A stretch of DNA of 64,000 nt from Candidatus Bathyarchaeota archaeon (GCA_963835925.1 CAWIHH010000004.1:83358-147357); one strand, 5' to 3'; shown: positions 15,189-25,736, counted from the stretch's first letter. Notes: a model not told the origin generated them from the letters alone. Numbers and translations are program-made.

Positions 15189-15394
15189 CGACCCAACAAA
15201 GAGCCATAGCCCATGTATATTTATCGACAATCCCTAAATGCAAATTTTAAGGCGCCCCGATAAGCGAGAAAAGACCCGCAAGTATGCGGTAGCATCACGA
15301 ATTTTCTTAAGGCGGCCAGTTTCCAACCAGTTATAAGAACCCTACCCAGCTAGCACATTAATCCCCCCTACATTCGGAAGGACAACTGATCTCA

Positions 15395-17335
15395 ATGAGT
15401 TGGGTTCTTCAGCAATTCAGAGTTCAATGCGAGGAGGCCCTGGCGCAAGCACTGAAGAACACATATCCAGAATGGGCGGACAACATACCTCGGCTTACGG
15501 TTCCCTCAAATTTCGAATTCGGAGAACTATCCTCCTCGGTACCACATGAAATAGCAAAAAAAGATGAAAGGACTCCGCACCAAATCGCGGAAAAGATAAA
15601 CAAAGCAGTGAACTTGAATGACAGAACCCTGGTTGCCTCTGTCGAAGAAGTTTCAGGGTATCTAAACTTCAGACTCAACTATAGCACAGCTGGAACCATG
15701 ATACTAGAGTCGGTATCGAAACAGAATGAGAATTATGGAATCATCAAGACCTCCACACCAGCGAGAATATCAGTTGAGCATACGAGCGCTAACCCCAGCG
15801 GACCCCTAACCATGGGACACGCACGGAACTCTATTCTCGGCGATGCCCTAGCACGTATACTCAAAGCCAGAGGACACCTGGTAAACAGGCGGTTCTACGT
15901 CGATGACGTAGGCCGACAAGTGTCTATCCTCGCTTACGGTTACAAATTGCTCAACAAGCCGAAACCAAAAGGAAAAGTTGACCACTGGTTTGGACGCCTT
16001 TACGCTTGCACAAACTGCGCAATGCAATTAGAAATCACTAACGCCAAACTGAAAGTGCTGGGCGTTGAGGCTGAAAATTCCGAAGAAAGAGTCAAACAGC
16101 AACGAAACCTCGACGAATGGATTGGAATAGCGGCTGAATTAGAAAACTCGGACAGGGAACTATTCCGACAAGTAGTCAGCGCCATCCATGGCCAATCAAA
16201 CCCGGAGAAGGAAGTTGAAGAAATAGGAAGAAACTACGAGAAAAACGAGAAAGCAACCTCGGCACTGGTCAGGGAGGTGGCGAACCTCTGCCTCGAAGGC
16301 ATGAAATCCACTCTTGACCAAATGGAGATTCAATTTGACACTTGGGACTGGGAAAGCGAACTCATCTGGAATGGAAAAGTCGAAACAGTTCTCAGCAAAT
16401 TGCGAAAGTTACCCTTCGTGAAATCGGAAGGGTTGTCATCGTCGCTCGACATTAACGCCATAGTGGAAGCCTACTCCTTGCGAGAAGATTTTCATCTTTC
16501 CCAGAACTACGAGGTTCCTTCTCTCACAATTGCCCGCAGCGACGGAACAACTCTCTATCCCACCCGAGACATGGCCTACACCCTTGCCAAGTTCTCCGAC
16601 TCTGACAGAGTAATCAACGTAATTGCATCCGAGCAGAGCCTTCCCCAACTTCAGATCCGACTAGCACTCTACGCTATGAACGAACGAGACGCTGCCAAGA
16701 ACCTCGTGCACTACGCCTACGGTCTCGTTGAACTTCCTGGGACAAAGATGTCAAAACGCAGAGCTAGATTCGTGTCACTTGACGAAGTCATGGATCAGGC
16801 GAGAATGAAGGTCGCGGCGACGATGGCTGAGAGAAAGGGAGCATTCGGGAAGACTGAGTCGGATGAGATAATAACCGCTATTGCTCTCGGGGCGATCAGA
16901 TTTGCCATGATCAGTCTGAACAGCGTGAAGAACCTCACATTCACATGGGGCCGTGTCTTGAGTCTAGAACGGAACAGCTCCCCGTTCATCAACTACGCAT
17001 TCACTCGAGCGGGTAGCATTTTGCGAAAACTCGGGCAAGTCCCACTTGAGGCAGATGCCTCTCTCCTGACTCATCCCCTGGAGCATCTTCTCCTATTCAA
17101 AATCGGTCAGATGCCCCAGATGTTCATAGAGTCTGCAGACCAACTGAAACCAGAAGAACTTGCAAGCTATGCAAACTCTCTGGCCGAGAAGTTTCACGAA
17201 TACTACGAAAAAGTAGACGTAATCCACTCGGATGAGCAAGTTAAAAATGCTAGAGCGATGCTAGTTCAAGCAGTCCAGATCACCCTCCGCAATTCTATGA
17301 AACTACTTGGAATAAGAGTAAGCGAAAGGATGTAG
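15395..17335 (+). CDS. argS: Arginyl-tRNA synthetase
   Basis: 646-aa class I aaRS: SANPSGPLTMGHARN (HIGH-like), MSKRR (KMSKS-like), C-terminal anticodon-binding helical domain. Confidence 0.9.
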   Translation: MSWVLQQFRVQCEEALAQALKNTYPEWADNIPRLTVPSNFEFGELSSSVPHEIAKKDERTPHQIAEKINKAVNLNDRTLVASVEEVSGYLNFRLNYSTAGTMILESVSKQNENYGIIKTSTPARISVEHTSANPSGPLTMGHARNSILGDALARILKARGHLVNRRFYVDDVGRQVSILAYGYKLLNKPKPKGKVDHWFGRLYACTNCAMQLEITNAKLKVLGVEAENSEERVKQQRNLDEWIGIAAELENSDRELFRQVVSAIHGQSNPEKEVEEIGRNYEKNEKATSALVREVANLCLEGMKSTLDQMEIQFDTWDWESELIWNGKVETVLSKLRKLPFVKSEGLSSSLDINAIVEAYSLREDFHLSQNYEVPSLTIARSDGTTLYPTRDMAYTLAKFSDSDRVINVIASEQSLPQLQIRLALYAMNERDAAKNLVHYAYGLVELPGTKMSKRRARFVSLDEVMDQARMKVAATMAERKGAFGKTESDEIITAIALGAIRFAMISLNSVKNLTFTWGRVLSLERNSSPFINYAFTRAGSILRKLGQVPLEADASLLTHPLEHLLLFKIGQMPQMFIESADQLKPEELASYANSLAEKFHEYYEKVDVIHSDEQVKNARAMLVQAVQITLRNSMKLLGIRVSERM

Positions 17336-17418
17336 AAGATTGGTCGAGAGAATTCTCCCCAGCCCGAAATGGCAGGCAATTCGATCTGTAAGGCTCGATT
17401 TGAACTTGAAGAATCTCT

Positions 17419-18661
17419 ATGACCGACTCTTTCTTGATGCTCTTCGTGGTCGACATTGCTCTTCGCTTGATATGGTTGAATCAGCCTTCGGGATCACTGA
17501 TTTTCGACGAATGGTATTACGTGAACGTTGCGCGAGTTATTCTAGGTCTGCCACAGAGCGTCGGCTCAAATGGGCAACCCCCCTACGTTAACGCAATTCC
17601 AGGAATGGACCCCAACCATGAACACCCGCCTCTCGCCAAACTCTTCATCGCACTATCAATGTACTTCCTCGGCGACAACGGCTACGGATGGCGTATTCCC
17701 AGCGTAATCTTCGGCGCATCGGTGTGCTGGTTTTCTATCTATTAATGAAGAAGACGATCGAAATTCAACAGGCTCCAATCATTGCCACGTTTCTGTTCTC
17801 GTTTGATACACTCACCTTCGTGCTGGGCAGAATCGCGATTCTGGACATATTCACACTGACTTTCATGTTATTAGGATTCTATTGGTACTTCACAGGCCAT
17901 TCCTATTCTCAGCGCACTTGGGATGGCACTGGCCTCTCTGACCAAGATCACTGGCGTGGCTGGTTTTGCGGTCATCGTCGTCGTTCAAGTATTCCGATGT
18001 ATCAAGAATCGAGGGAAGGCAGGCACCTGGAACGCGTTCTTCAAATGGTTTGAAAAGTATCTGGCTACTTTTCCGGTTTCGTTTCTCAGTACTGTTGACA
18101 TTGCTCGATAACATCACGAGGTTGTTGTGGGTCGGTCCACCCTATTCCAATCCATTCGAGCACATCCAGTACATCCTTAACTTACTCAACCTCGCTAGTT
18201 TCGTCATGTCCTAACGGGATAATCAGCTGCCCGTGGCAGTGGCTCGTCAACCAGATCCAAATTCCCTATCTTGTTGTGAACGTCCAGGTGACGCGCGGGC
18301 AATGTCGTAAGCAAGTACAGCTCTGTCGCATTCTTGGGAATGATGAACCCCACAATCCTATACCTAACGATACCTGCCATGCTGTACTCTGTCGTACAAC
18401 TACTTCAACACGAAAGATGATTTCTCATCATTCAATCTAGTCTGGTTTGCAGCAACGTATATACCGTACTTGCCCGCGGTCATCCTCGGAAATAGGGTAA
18501 CCTACCTGTTCTACTTCCTCCCGGCGATGCCCGCCGTCTGCGCAGCCATAGCTCACATGATCGCAGATCAGAACCCTCCCAAACTCGTCGTGTTATTTTA
18601 TCTAGGAGTGGTGGTAGCTTGGTTCTTCTGGATGTTCCCCTTCAAGGTCATTCCCACGTGA
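17419..18661 (+). pseudogene. GT39/PMT-like dolichyl-phosphate-mannose protein mannosyltransferase, fragmented by 4 or more frameshifts
   Basis: Pieces 17419..17745, 17688..18053, 17923..18111 and 18470..18661 all encode consecutive TM segments (DEWYYVNVAR...HPPLAKLFIAL...; ...ILDIFTLTFMLLGFYWYF...; ...YLFYFLPAMP...). Confidence 0.6.
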
Positions 18662-18837
18662 AGCGCCCCACTTTGGTACACCAACGTACCCACGTTTATA
18701 TTAGCAGCTCTCGACCGAAATCGAAAAATACGAAATTGAAGTCTACCTGTCACGAAAACGGCAACCTACAACAGCTTGATTTCAAGACCACGCTATCTAA
18801 CCAGGAGGTGACATGAACTTGGCACAAGAAGAGAGGG

Positions 18838-19155
18838 GTGCTCCATCCCCACAGAGCACCGCCACGACCAAGAGAGCCCATTCCGCCAGACACAATATTG
18901 ATCGGGCGAAAGCCCATAATGGCATACGCAACCGCTGTCATGATGCACTTCCAATCCGGAGCAAAAGTGCTCTCAGTGAAGGCACGAGGTAGAGCAATCA
19001 GCACAGCCGTAGACGTAGTGGAAGTCGTGCGGAGAAGGTTCTTCGCTGGCAAACTGACCGTCAAAGAAATAGCCATAGGAACCGAAGCACTAGGGGAAGG
19101 AAGCGACATTAGAAACGTCTCAACCATCGAGATAAAATTGGAGAAGACGGCATGA
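18838..19155 (+). CDS. albA: Alba DNA/RNA-binding chromatin protein
   Basis: ILIGRKPIMAYATAV...VKARGRAISTAVDVVEVVRRRF...VSTIEIKLEK is the canonical Alba fold signature. The true start may lie internal to the ORF. Confidence 0.85.
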   Translation: MLHPHRAPPRPREPIPPDTILIGRKPIMAYATAVMMHFQSGAKVLSVKARGRAISTAVDVVEVVRRRFFAGKLTVKEIAIGTEALGEGSDIRNVSTIEIKLEKTA

Positions 19156-19484
19156 CAGAGACAGAACTGAATCAACTCAGATTCCTCCAGCCCACTTTTT
19201 TCTTTCACTGATCCAGAACGTTGATTTGAACAACAGATTCCGCGAATTGTTTTGGTGAATGCGAGAACCAGTTGTGGAACAACAAGCCTGAATTCATCTA
19301 GCATCCACGTCGACACCCTATTCTGTGTTGGTTCAGAATGGTTCCGCTTTTGAGTTCGTGAAAGTCGATTATGAGAAACCAGTTTCAGTGAGTCACTCGA
19401 TTCTTGACAGCTTTCTTTCACGAAATTTGAATAGTATTCGTTCTATAACGGGCAATCAACAACTGGAATTGTTGCAAGCACAAA

Positions 19485-20155
19485 ATGGAGATCGATGCAT
19501 TGAACAGTGGTTTTCTCAAGGGCTGGGACAGAGAAGCAAAAGAACCCGTTTTCTCGAGAGTCAACTCGAAGTTCCATCACAGGCACCCATCAAAGAGCAG
19601 GTCGCAACAGCCCTCTACAGACTCAAAGTTCAACAGAACAAGCTTGAAACAGCCGCCATGCGAATGCAACAGCATGACAAAGAAATTTTCGCCAAATGCG
19701 TCAGTTCGCAGATGGCGCATGACGTGGCCCGAGCATCAATGTACGCAAACGAGTGCGCCGAAGTGAGGAAGATGGCTAAGGTCACGCTGCAATGCCAACT
19801 TGCCCTCGAGCAGGTTTCGCTAAGACTCGAAACCATCGAGGAGTTTGGTGACATGGCAAGACTAATGGCGCCTGCTGCAAGCGTAGTGTCACTCGATAAA
19901 GAACCAAATCTCCGGTCTAATACCTGAAGTCGGCTTCGAGCTCAGCGAGATAGGAGAAGTCCTGAACAGTGTTGTTGTGGAGGCCGGAGAGACGGGTACA
20001 TCATACGAGATGGAGGCGTCAGGCGCTGAAGCACAAAGGATATGACTGAGGCAAGCACTATTTCCGAACAGCACATGAAAGATCGTTTCCCCGACATTCC
20101 TGCAAGCGCCCTTCCGACCCCGCAGCGGACCAGCCAATTGAGCTCTTCTCAGTAG
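19485..20155 (+). pseudogene. cdvB: CdvB (ESCRT-III/Snf7-like) paralog 1 with about 3 frameshifts (near 19585, 19895, 20040)
   Basis: The core (PIKEQVATALYRLKVQQNKLE...MYANECAEVRKMAKVTLQCQLALEQVSLRLETIEEFGD) aligns with the two intact CdvB ORFs. N-terminus (MEIDALNSGFLKGW) and C-terminus (KNQISGLIPEVGFELSEIGEVLNS...; TEASTISEQHMKDRFPDIP) are found in other frames. Confidence 0.7.
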
Positions 20156-20170
20156 GAGGACACCGAAGCC

Positions 20171-20854
20171 TTGACCATAACCGTTGAAGAGATAGGAAAG
20201 TATCTCGGCAGGACCATCGAGGACTCAATGGGCAGACCTATCGGCAAACTAGTGGGTATCTCAGCAGATATCAAAGACGCAGTCACAGAAATACAGGTTG
20301 CACAAAGCAACGGCGAGGTCAACCAATACCCAATCGAGTTCGTCAGACTTAATGATGGGCATCCCATTCTTCTCCAGACTTGGCGGGTAGAAGCCGAGGA
20401 CCTCAGAAGGGAGCACGACATAATAAAACGAAGAAATCAAGCACTCGACCTGCTGCTTAAAGACGGCGACATCGAACAACCCGAGTACAACCAACTCCGA
20501 AACACCTTCGAAGATCTAAACAAGGAAATCAGCCAAAAACGTGACAGCCTACTTGATACATTGAAAGAAGTCGAAGGGAAGCTGGATCAGCAAATCAGAG
20601 ACCTTCAATCCGCTTTGACGAACAACAAAATGCTGTACACAGCAGCCGAAATCGACGAAGAGACCTATCATGCCGTCACGGAGTCCATTCGATCTGGCCT
20701 TGAAATAGCTCGGAAAGAACGTAAGGACCTCGACAACATCTACGAACACCTTCAGACCATCGATTCGCTGGAGACACCCCCCCCAATGACGTCCTCGGCA
20801 CCAGCCAAAAAGATCCCAGATATTGTCGTAATCAAGATGAGAGAGCCCGCCTAA
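20171..20854 (+). CDS. cdvA: CdvA cell-division protein
   Basis: N-terminal PRC-barrel-like region, long coiled coil, Pro-rich linker and short C-terminal beta-peptide (PDIVVIKMRE) in the position of the ESCRT-III-binding tail. Sits directly upstream of cdvB. Confidence 0.75.
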   Translation: MTITVEEIGKYLGRTIEDSMGRPIGKLVGISADIKDAVTEIQVAQSNGEVNQYPIEFVRLNDGHPILLQTWRVEAEDLRREHDIIKRRNQALDLLLKDGDIEQPEYNQLRNTFEDLNKEISQKRDSLLDTLKEVEGKLDQQIRDLQSALTNNKMLYTAAEIDEETYHAVTESIRSGLEIARKERKDLDNIYEHLQTIDSLETPPPMTSSAPAKKIPDIVVIKMREPA

Positions 20855-20867
20855 ACCTGAAGGAGAC

Positions 20868-21656
20868 GTGGACGCTTTCTCATTCATCAAGAAAGTCGAA
20901 GACAGACTACACCCTGTACCACTGAAAGAGCGCATTGCTCAAGCTTCATTCAGGCTGCAAGCACAATTCGACCGGCTCGATCAAATGTACACGAAACTTC
21001 AACAGCGCGACAGAGACCTCTTCCAACGCTGCGTCGGAGCACAAGTATCCAAAGACACGGACCACTCAAGGCTTTACGCCAACGAATGCGCCGAGATCAG
21101 AAGAATCGCAAAAGTCGTCCTAGGCAGCCAACTAGCTCTTGAGAAAGTAATCCTGAGACTCGAGACCGTCAAGGACTTCGGAGACATAATGGTGCAAATG
21201 GCTCCAGTAATGAGCATTGTAAAGGATACGAAGTCAAAGATCGCTGGAATCGTTCCACAGGTAGCGATGGAACTTGAGGAAGTCAACGACACACTCGCCG
21301 ACCTAACCAATGAAGCTACAACCGAGACAACAATGCCAGAACTCCCGATTGAAGCAACCGATGATGAAGCAAAGAAAGTTCTCGAGGAAACCGGAACGGT
21401 CGCCGAACAAAAGCTTCGCGAACATTTTCCAGATCTTCCGAACTTCGAGACACCCCCCAACACAGTCAGCCAAATATTGGAGACTTCGACGAGACCACTG
21501 AACCGTGATTTCGAGGATCGAGTCTACGAATACGCCAAGAAACACAACGGTCAGTTCAGTCTTCACGGATGCGCAAACGATCTAGGTGCTTCTCCAGATC
21601 TGATTCAGAATGCGCTTGAAAAACTTCGTGAGACCGGGAAGATTGTAATCGAATAG
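20868..21656 (+). CDS. cdvB: CdvB (ESCRT-III) with C-terminal winged-helix domain
   Basis: Snf7-like helical core (LYANECAEIRRIAKVVLGSQLALEKVILRLETVKDFGD), Pro-rich MIM2-like segment (FPDLPNFETPP), and a C-terminal wH-like module (YEYAKKHNGQFSLHGCANDLGASPDLIQNALEKLRETGKI). Confidence 0.85.
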   Translation: MDAFSFIKKVEDRLHPVPLKERIAQASFRLQAQFDRLDQMYTKLQQRDRDLFQRCVGAQVSKDTDHSRLYANECAEIRRIAKVVLGSQLALEKVILRLETVKDFGDIMVQMAPVMSIVKDTKSKIAGIVPQVAMELEEVNDTLADLTNEATTETTMPELPIEATDDEAKKVLEETGTVAEQKLREHFPDLPNFETPPNTVSQILETSTRPLNRDFEDRVYEYAKKHNGQFSLHGCANDLGASPDLIQNALEKLRETGKIVIE

Positions 21657-21679
21657 GTGCTTCTTCAAGGTGGCGTTTT

Positions 21680-22813
21680 TTGAACATGTCCGCTTCTGAG
21701 GAACTCGAACAAATGGCTGTCAAGTTCGCGCACGAAGCCATTCAGTTCGACAAACAAGGTGCAAAGAACAACGCCATCTCACGCTACGAGCGTTCAATAG
21801 AGATATTGCTTAAGCTCTGCGCGCTCTACCCCGGGGCTCCTCAAAACAAGCTCTACCTGCAACAAATTGAGAACTATAAACAGAGAACTCGCCAACTTAA
21901 GGAGCCCAACGGCCACTTCGAAAACGACCAAACGGACAGACACCCAGCAAAACTCGAACAGCTCGTTCTGACGGAAAAACCCAGCGTAAGCTGGGAAGAG
22001 ATCGCGGATCTTCACGAAGCGAAAAAAGCAATCGAGGAAGCCATCGTGTTTCCAATAAAGCGACCCGACCTCTTCCCACTTGGATGGCCCAGGGGTATTC
22101 TCTTTTTCGGTCCTCCAGGGTGCGGCAAAACCCTGCTCGCTGCTGCAATTGCAACCGAAATTGACGCAGCGTTCTACAGCCTAGACGCCTCTTCTCTAAT
22201 ATCCAAATGGCTCGGCGAATCAGAAAAGAACGTCGCTGAACTTTTCGAAAACGCTCGAAAAGGAACTCAAGAAGGACGAGCTGTAATAATCTTCATCGAC
22301 GAGATCGATTCATTCTTCGGCGTCAGAGCAGACGAAGTGGGCGGAGAGGTCCGAACCCGCAATCAATTCCTACAAGAGATGGATAGCGTCCTAGACAAGA
22401 AACGTCCCAGCCATGTCTACGTCATAGGTGCAACCAACAAACCCTGGGACCTCGATCAAGCATTCATACGTCGCTTCCAGAAGCGTATCTACGTTCCATT
22501 ACCTACCACGCAAGCAAGGAAGGAAATGATACAAATCTACACGAAGGACCTCAAACTTGCTAATGACGTGGACGTTACAAGCCTCGTAGAAAAAACGGAA
22601 GGGTATTCTGGGAGCGACTTTCACGACATCTTTCAAGCAGCACAAACAAGAGTCGCACGAGAAGTCATCGAAGGAGGCCACGCAAAACAAGGGCAACCCA
22701 GACCCATTACAATGGAAGACCTCCGCGACATTCTGAGAAGACGAAAACCCAGCGTATCCACGCAAATGTTGGGCATGTACGACAGATGGTTCGAAACCTA
22801 CAAAGCATTATGA
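21680..22813 (+). CDS. cdvC: CdvC / Vps4-like AAA+ ATPase with N-terminal MIT domain
   Basis: Walker A GPPGCGKT, Walker B IIFIDEID, second region of homology, N-terminal three-helix MIT-like region, Vps4-type C-terminus. Confidence 0.9.
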   Translation: MNMSASEELEQMAVKFAHEAIQFDKQGAKNNAISRYERSIEILLKLCALYPGAPQNKLYLQQIENYKQRTRQLKEPNGHFENDQTDRHPAKLEQLVLTEKPSVSWEEIADLHEAKKAIEEAIVFPIKRPDLFPLGWPRGILFFGPPGCGKTLLAAAIATEIDAAFYSLDASSLISKWLGESEKNVAELFENARKGTQEGRAVIIFIDEIDSFFGVRADEVGGEVRTRNQFLQEMDSVLDKKRPSHVYVIGATNKPWDLDQAFIRRFQKRIYVPLPTTQARKEMIQIYTKDLKLANDVDVTSLVEKTEGYSGSDFHDIFQAAQTRVAREVIEGGHAKQGQPRPITMEDLRDILRRRKPSVSTQMLGMYDRWFETYKAL

Positions 22814-22825
22814 GGAAGAAGCAAA

Positions 22826-23341
22826 ATGATAGATTCCACAGACTATAAAATCCTAGCCGAACTCGCAGAGAATGCTAAATACTCCTACGCCGAAATCGGC
22901 CGCAAACTCAGCCTCCATCCGAATGTCGTAGCATACCGAGTAAACAAATTGGAAAAGGCAAGAGTAATCAGAGAATACACAACCGGAATCGACCTAGAGA
23001 AACTTGGCGTCGCAGAACAAATCCTAGTCGGCGCCTCCTTCCCAAGGGACATGGAGAGAGACGACGTCATTGAGAAAATCGCAGCGATACCTCAGACTGT
23101 CAAAGTAGTCAGCTCGCTCGGAGAACCAGAAAGCATCGTATTTCTAGTCGGAAAAAACAAATCGGAAATCGAAAAGCTGATGACAAAACTCAGATCACTC
23201 GACCTCAAAATCGAATACACGGGCTCAATAATACGAACATTCGAAGAAGGCAGACTCGGCAACTTCCTAAAAGTTCTCGCCAGTGAACAAGAAAACAAGA
23301 GCAACGGCCACGGAGAACGAATTGACCATCAGGGGGGATAA
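22826..23341 (+). CDS. Lrp/AsnC-family transcriptional regulator
   Basis: N-terminal HTH (DYKILAELAENAKYSYAEIGRKLSLHPNVVAYRVNKLEK) plus a RAM domain. Embedded between cdvC and the third cdvB. Confidence 0.8.
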   Translation: MIDSTDYKILAELAENAKYSYAEIGRKLSLHPNVVAYRVNKLEKARVIREYTTGIDLEKLGVAEQILVGASFPRDMERDDVIEKIAAIPQTVKVVSSLGEPESIVFLVGKNKSEIEKLMTKLRSLDLKIEYTGSIIRTFEEGRLGNFLKVLASEQENKSNGHGERIDHQGG

Positions 23342-23346
23342 ATAAA

Positions 23347-23952
23347 ATGTTTAGAGAAAAAACCTCATGGACCAAAAAAATCAAGGAATCAGTTCACCCC
23401 ACCCCTATGAAGCAACGCGTCAACCAATGCCTATTCACGTTGAAGATTCAGCAACGAAAACTCGAGAGAACCTCCTACCACATGCAGCAACGCGACCAAG
23501 CACTGTACGGGAAATGTGTACTGGCTGTCCAAAGTAAGAACACTCAACTCGCTTCCATCTATGCCAATGAATGCGCAGAACTCAGAAAGATGGCGAAAGT
23601 AGTCCTCCACAGTGAACTGGCACTGGAACAAGTAACACTGAGATTGGAAGCGGTGCATGAATTCGGCACCCTCGCAGCGACAATGATGCCCGTCGCCAAC
23701 GTGGTAAGGACACTGAAAACGCAACTGGAAGGGGTAATGCCAGAAGTCTCCATGGAACTCGCAGAGGTCAACGACACACTAGAAGGCCTCTCCGTTGAAG
23801 TGGGCGAAGCCACAGAAACTTCCTTTGATCTCTCATCTTCCAGCGGCGAGTCACAACAAATCCTTCAAGAGGCAAACACAGTTGCAGAACAGAAGATGAA
23901 AGAGCGCTTCCCAGAACTGCCACCCCTAGCGACCCACGAGGCCAAAATGTAG
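23347..23952 (+). CDS. cdvB: CdvB (ESCRT-III) paralog 3, no winged helix
   Basis: IYANECAELRKMAKVVLHSELALEQVTLRLEAVHEFG core and a C-terminal FPELPP MIM2-like motif. Confidence 0.8.
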   Translation: MFREKTSWTKKIKESVHPTPMKQRVNQCLFTLKIQQRKLERTSYHMQQRDQALYGKCVLAVQSKNTQLASIYANECAELRKMAKVVLHSELALEQVTLRLEAVHEFGTLAATMMPVANVVRTLKTQLEGVMPEVSMELAEVNDTLEGLSVEVGEATETSFDLSSSSGESQQILQEANTVAEQKMKERFPELPPLATHEAKM

Positions 23953-23973
23953 CCCAAACCCCATCCCGTCAGC

Positions 23974-23987
23974 TTTTCCTTTTTTTT
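23974..23987 (+). terminator. Oligo-T tract after cdvB paralog 3
   Basis: ttttcctttttttt about 20 nt after the stop codon. Archaeal terminators are typically oligo-T runs (established knowledge); function here is inferred. Confidence 0.35.
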
Positions 23988-24035
23988 CAATCTCTTTTTC
24001 TTCCGCGCCCACCATACCACGTTGGGTACGATAGA

Positions 24036-24452
24036 ATGATCGTAGTAAGCAAAGTTCTCACACTTACTTCAACAAAAAGGCGAGAACTCATCGACATCAC
24101 GGAAGAGGCCACGAATTTCACCCGCGAACAACACGTCACAAACGGTACATTCACTGTCAGTGCCCCGCACGCAACCGCTGCAATCATAGCGAACGAAAAC
24201 GAAAACGGCCTCCGACGCGACTTGCTCGCAAAAATCGAGGAACTCTTCCCACAAACGGGCAGATACGCTCACAATGCAACTGATGACAACGCCGATGCAC
24301 ACTTAGCAGCCGCGTTCCTAGGACATTCCACCACATTTCCAATAGTCCAAGGACGACTTGTTCGCGGAACCTGGCAAAACATATTCCTAGTCGAGCTCGA
24401 TGGCCCCCGTTCCAGCCGCGAAGTCTACTTACAAATCATGGGAGAAAGCTAG
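24036..24452 (+). CDS. YjbQ/UPF0047 family protein (secondary thiamine-phosphate synthase-like)
   Basis: 138-aa ORF with the family pattern (FTVSAPHATAAIIANENENGLRRD...HNATDDNADAHL...GRLVRGTWQNIFLVELDGPR). Confidence 0.8.
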   Translation: MIVVSKVLTLTSTKRRELIDITEEATNFTREQHVTNGTFTVSAPHATAAIIANENENGLRRDLLAKIEELFPQTGRYAHNATDDNADAHLAAAFLGHSTTFPIVQGRLVRGTWQNIFLVELDGPRSSREVYLQIMGES

Positions 24453-24581
24453 GATATGCCATTGCGGCACTGGTTTGCTGCAGCACACGCCAAAGCACGC
24501 GTGAGCAATCGCGGAATAGTCGTTCAGGACCTGAAAAACAATTCTTAACTATACTAGATCCTCGTTGAGTGCAGATGCACT

Positions 24582-25607
24582 TTGGTGCGGACTGTGGCGT
24601 TGATCAGAGGCGATGGGACAGGCCCCGAATTAATCGAAGCGACGCTAAATGTCTTGAAATCAGTAGGAACCACCCTGAACTTTGTTGAGTGCGAGGCAGG
24701 GTTCGAATGGTGGCAATCTCACGGAGGACCCACATTAATCTCCCCCGACAATTGGAAGACGATCGAATCAGCAGACGCTTGTCTCAAAGGCCCCACGACC
24801 ACGCCTGCCGGACCTGGTACACCGCGAAGTGTGGCCGTGACAATTCGCCAAGGCAAGAAGCTGTACGCGAACATCCGACCAATACGCACATTCCAAGGAA
24901 CAAAACAGCCACTGGGCGAAATTGATCTTGTTTGCGTTCGAGAAGCCACAGAAGGACTCTATTCCGGGATAGAGCATAGACTCTCGAACGACGTCGCAAT
25001 CGCATTTCGCAAGATAACAAGAGAACCCAGCGAGAAACTCGCCAAAGCAGCATTCGAAGAAGCCAAACGCCGCGGATGGAAACGAACCTTTGCCATTACC
25101 AAGCAGAACATATTGAAGGAAACTGACGGACTCTTCATGGAAGCCGCGAACAACGTTCACAAGAACTACCCAGAGATTACCATTGAGGAATATTTCATCG
25201 ACAATTTCTCCCAACAAATCATCAAGAACCCTCAGCGGTTCAACAAGAGTATTGTGTTTGGAACCAACCTCTTCATGGACATAATCTCGGAAGAGGCCTC
25301 CGCTCTGGTGGCGAGCATCGGATGCATTTACTCGGGAAACTTCGGGGATGGCTATGCGATGTTTGAACCAGCCCACGGTAGCGCTCCGCAATACAAAGGA
25401 TTAGATAAAGTGAATCCGACGGCCACAATTCTCGCGGGTGCTTGGATGTTGGAATATCTTCAAGAGAAGGAAAAGTCACAAGCCATATTCAGAGCCGTAG
25501 AATCGGTGATTGCAGAAAACAAAAAAGTCACCTATGATCTAGGTGGCAAAGCACACCTGTCCGAAATGACTGAGGCAATCGTTGAACGCACCCACAAGTT
25601 CCTCTGA
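24582..25607 (+). CDS. Isocitrate/isopropylmalate/homoisocitrate dehydrogenase family protein
   Basis: IRGDGTGPE N-terminus, VREATEGLYSG, NLFMDIISEEAS (variant of NLFGDILSD), HGSAP. Substrate cannot be assigned by eye. Confidence 0.8.
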   Translation: MVRTVALIRGDGTGPELIEATLNVLKSVGTTLNFVECEAGFEWWQSHGGPTLISPDNWKTIESADACLKGPTTTPAGPGTPRSVAVTIRQGKKLYANIRPIRTFQGTKQPLGEIDLVCVREATEGLYSGIEHRLSNDVAIAFRKITREPSEKLAKAAFEEAKRRGWKRTFAITKQNILKETDGLFMEAANNVHKNYPEITIEEYFIDNFSQQIIKNPQRFNKSIVFGTNLFMDIISEEASALVASIGCIYSGNFGDGYAMFEPAHGSAPQYKGLDKVNPTATILAGAWMLEYLQEKEKSQAIFRAVESVIAENKKVTYDLGGKAHLSEMTEAIVERTHKFL

Positions 25608-25736
25608 CGCTCGCGAACAGTATGTTGACCGGCTCGCCGTGGAGCTACATATCTCCTAGGGTCATTTCAGGATCCACCATCTTCAGTTAACACAAATACA
25701 TATCTGAGAGTGTGAGCGATAACAAAGCCGAGAACT

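Noticed and set aside
24768-25391. 207-aa minus-strand ORF, along with several other long antisense ORFs (e.g. 14176..14736, 2986..3426, 42217..42729, 56123..56692, 35118..35474).
   Set aside because: Each lies entirely antisense to a well-supported conserved gene (IDH-family, OFOR alpha, ProRS, XPB, glycosidase, S2P). Their translations are low-complexity or Arg/Ser/Pro-rich, typical of shadow ORFs.
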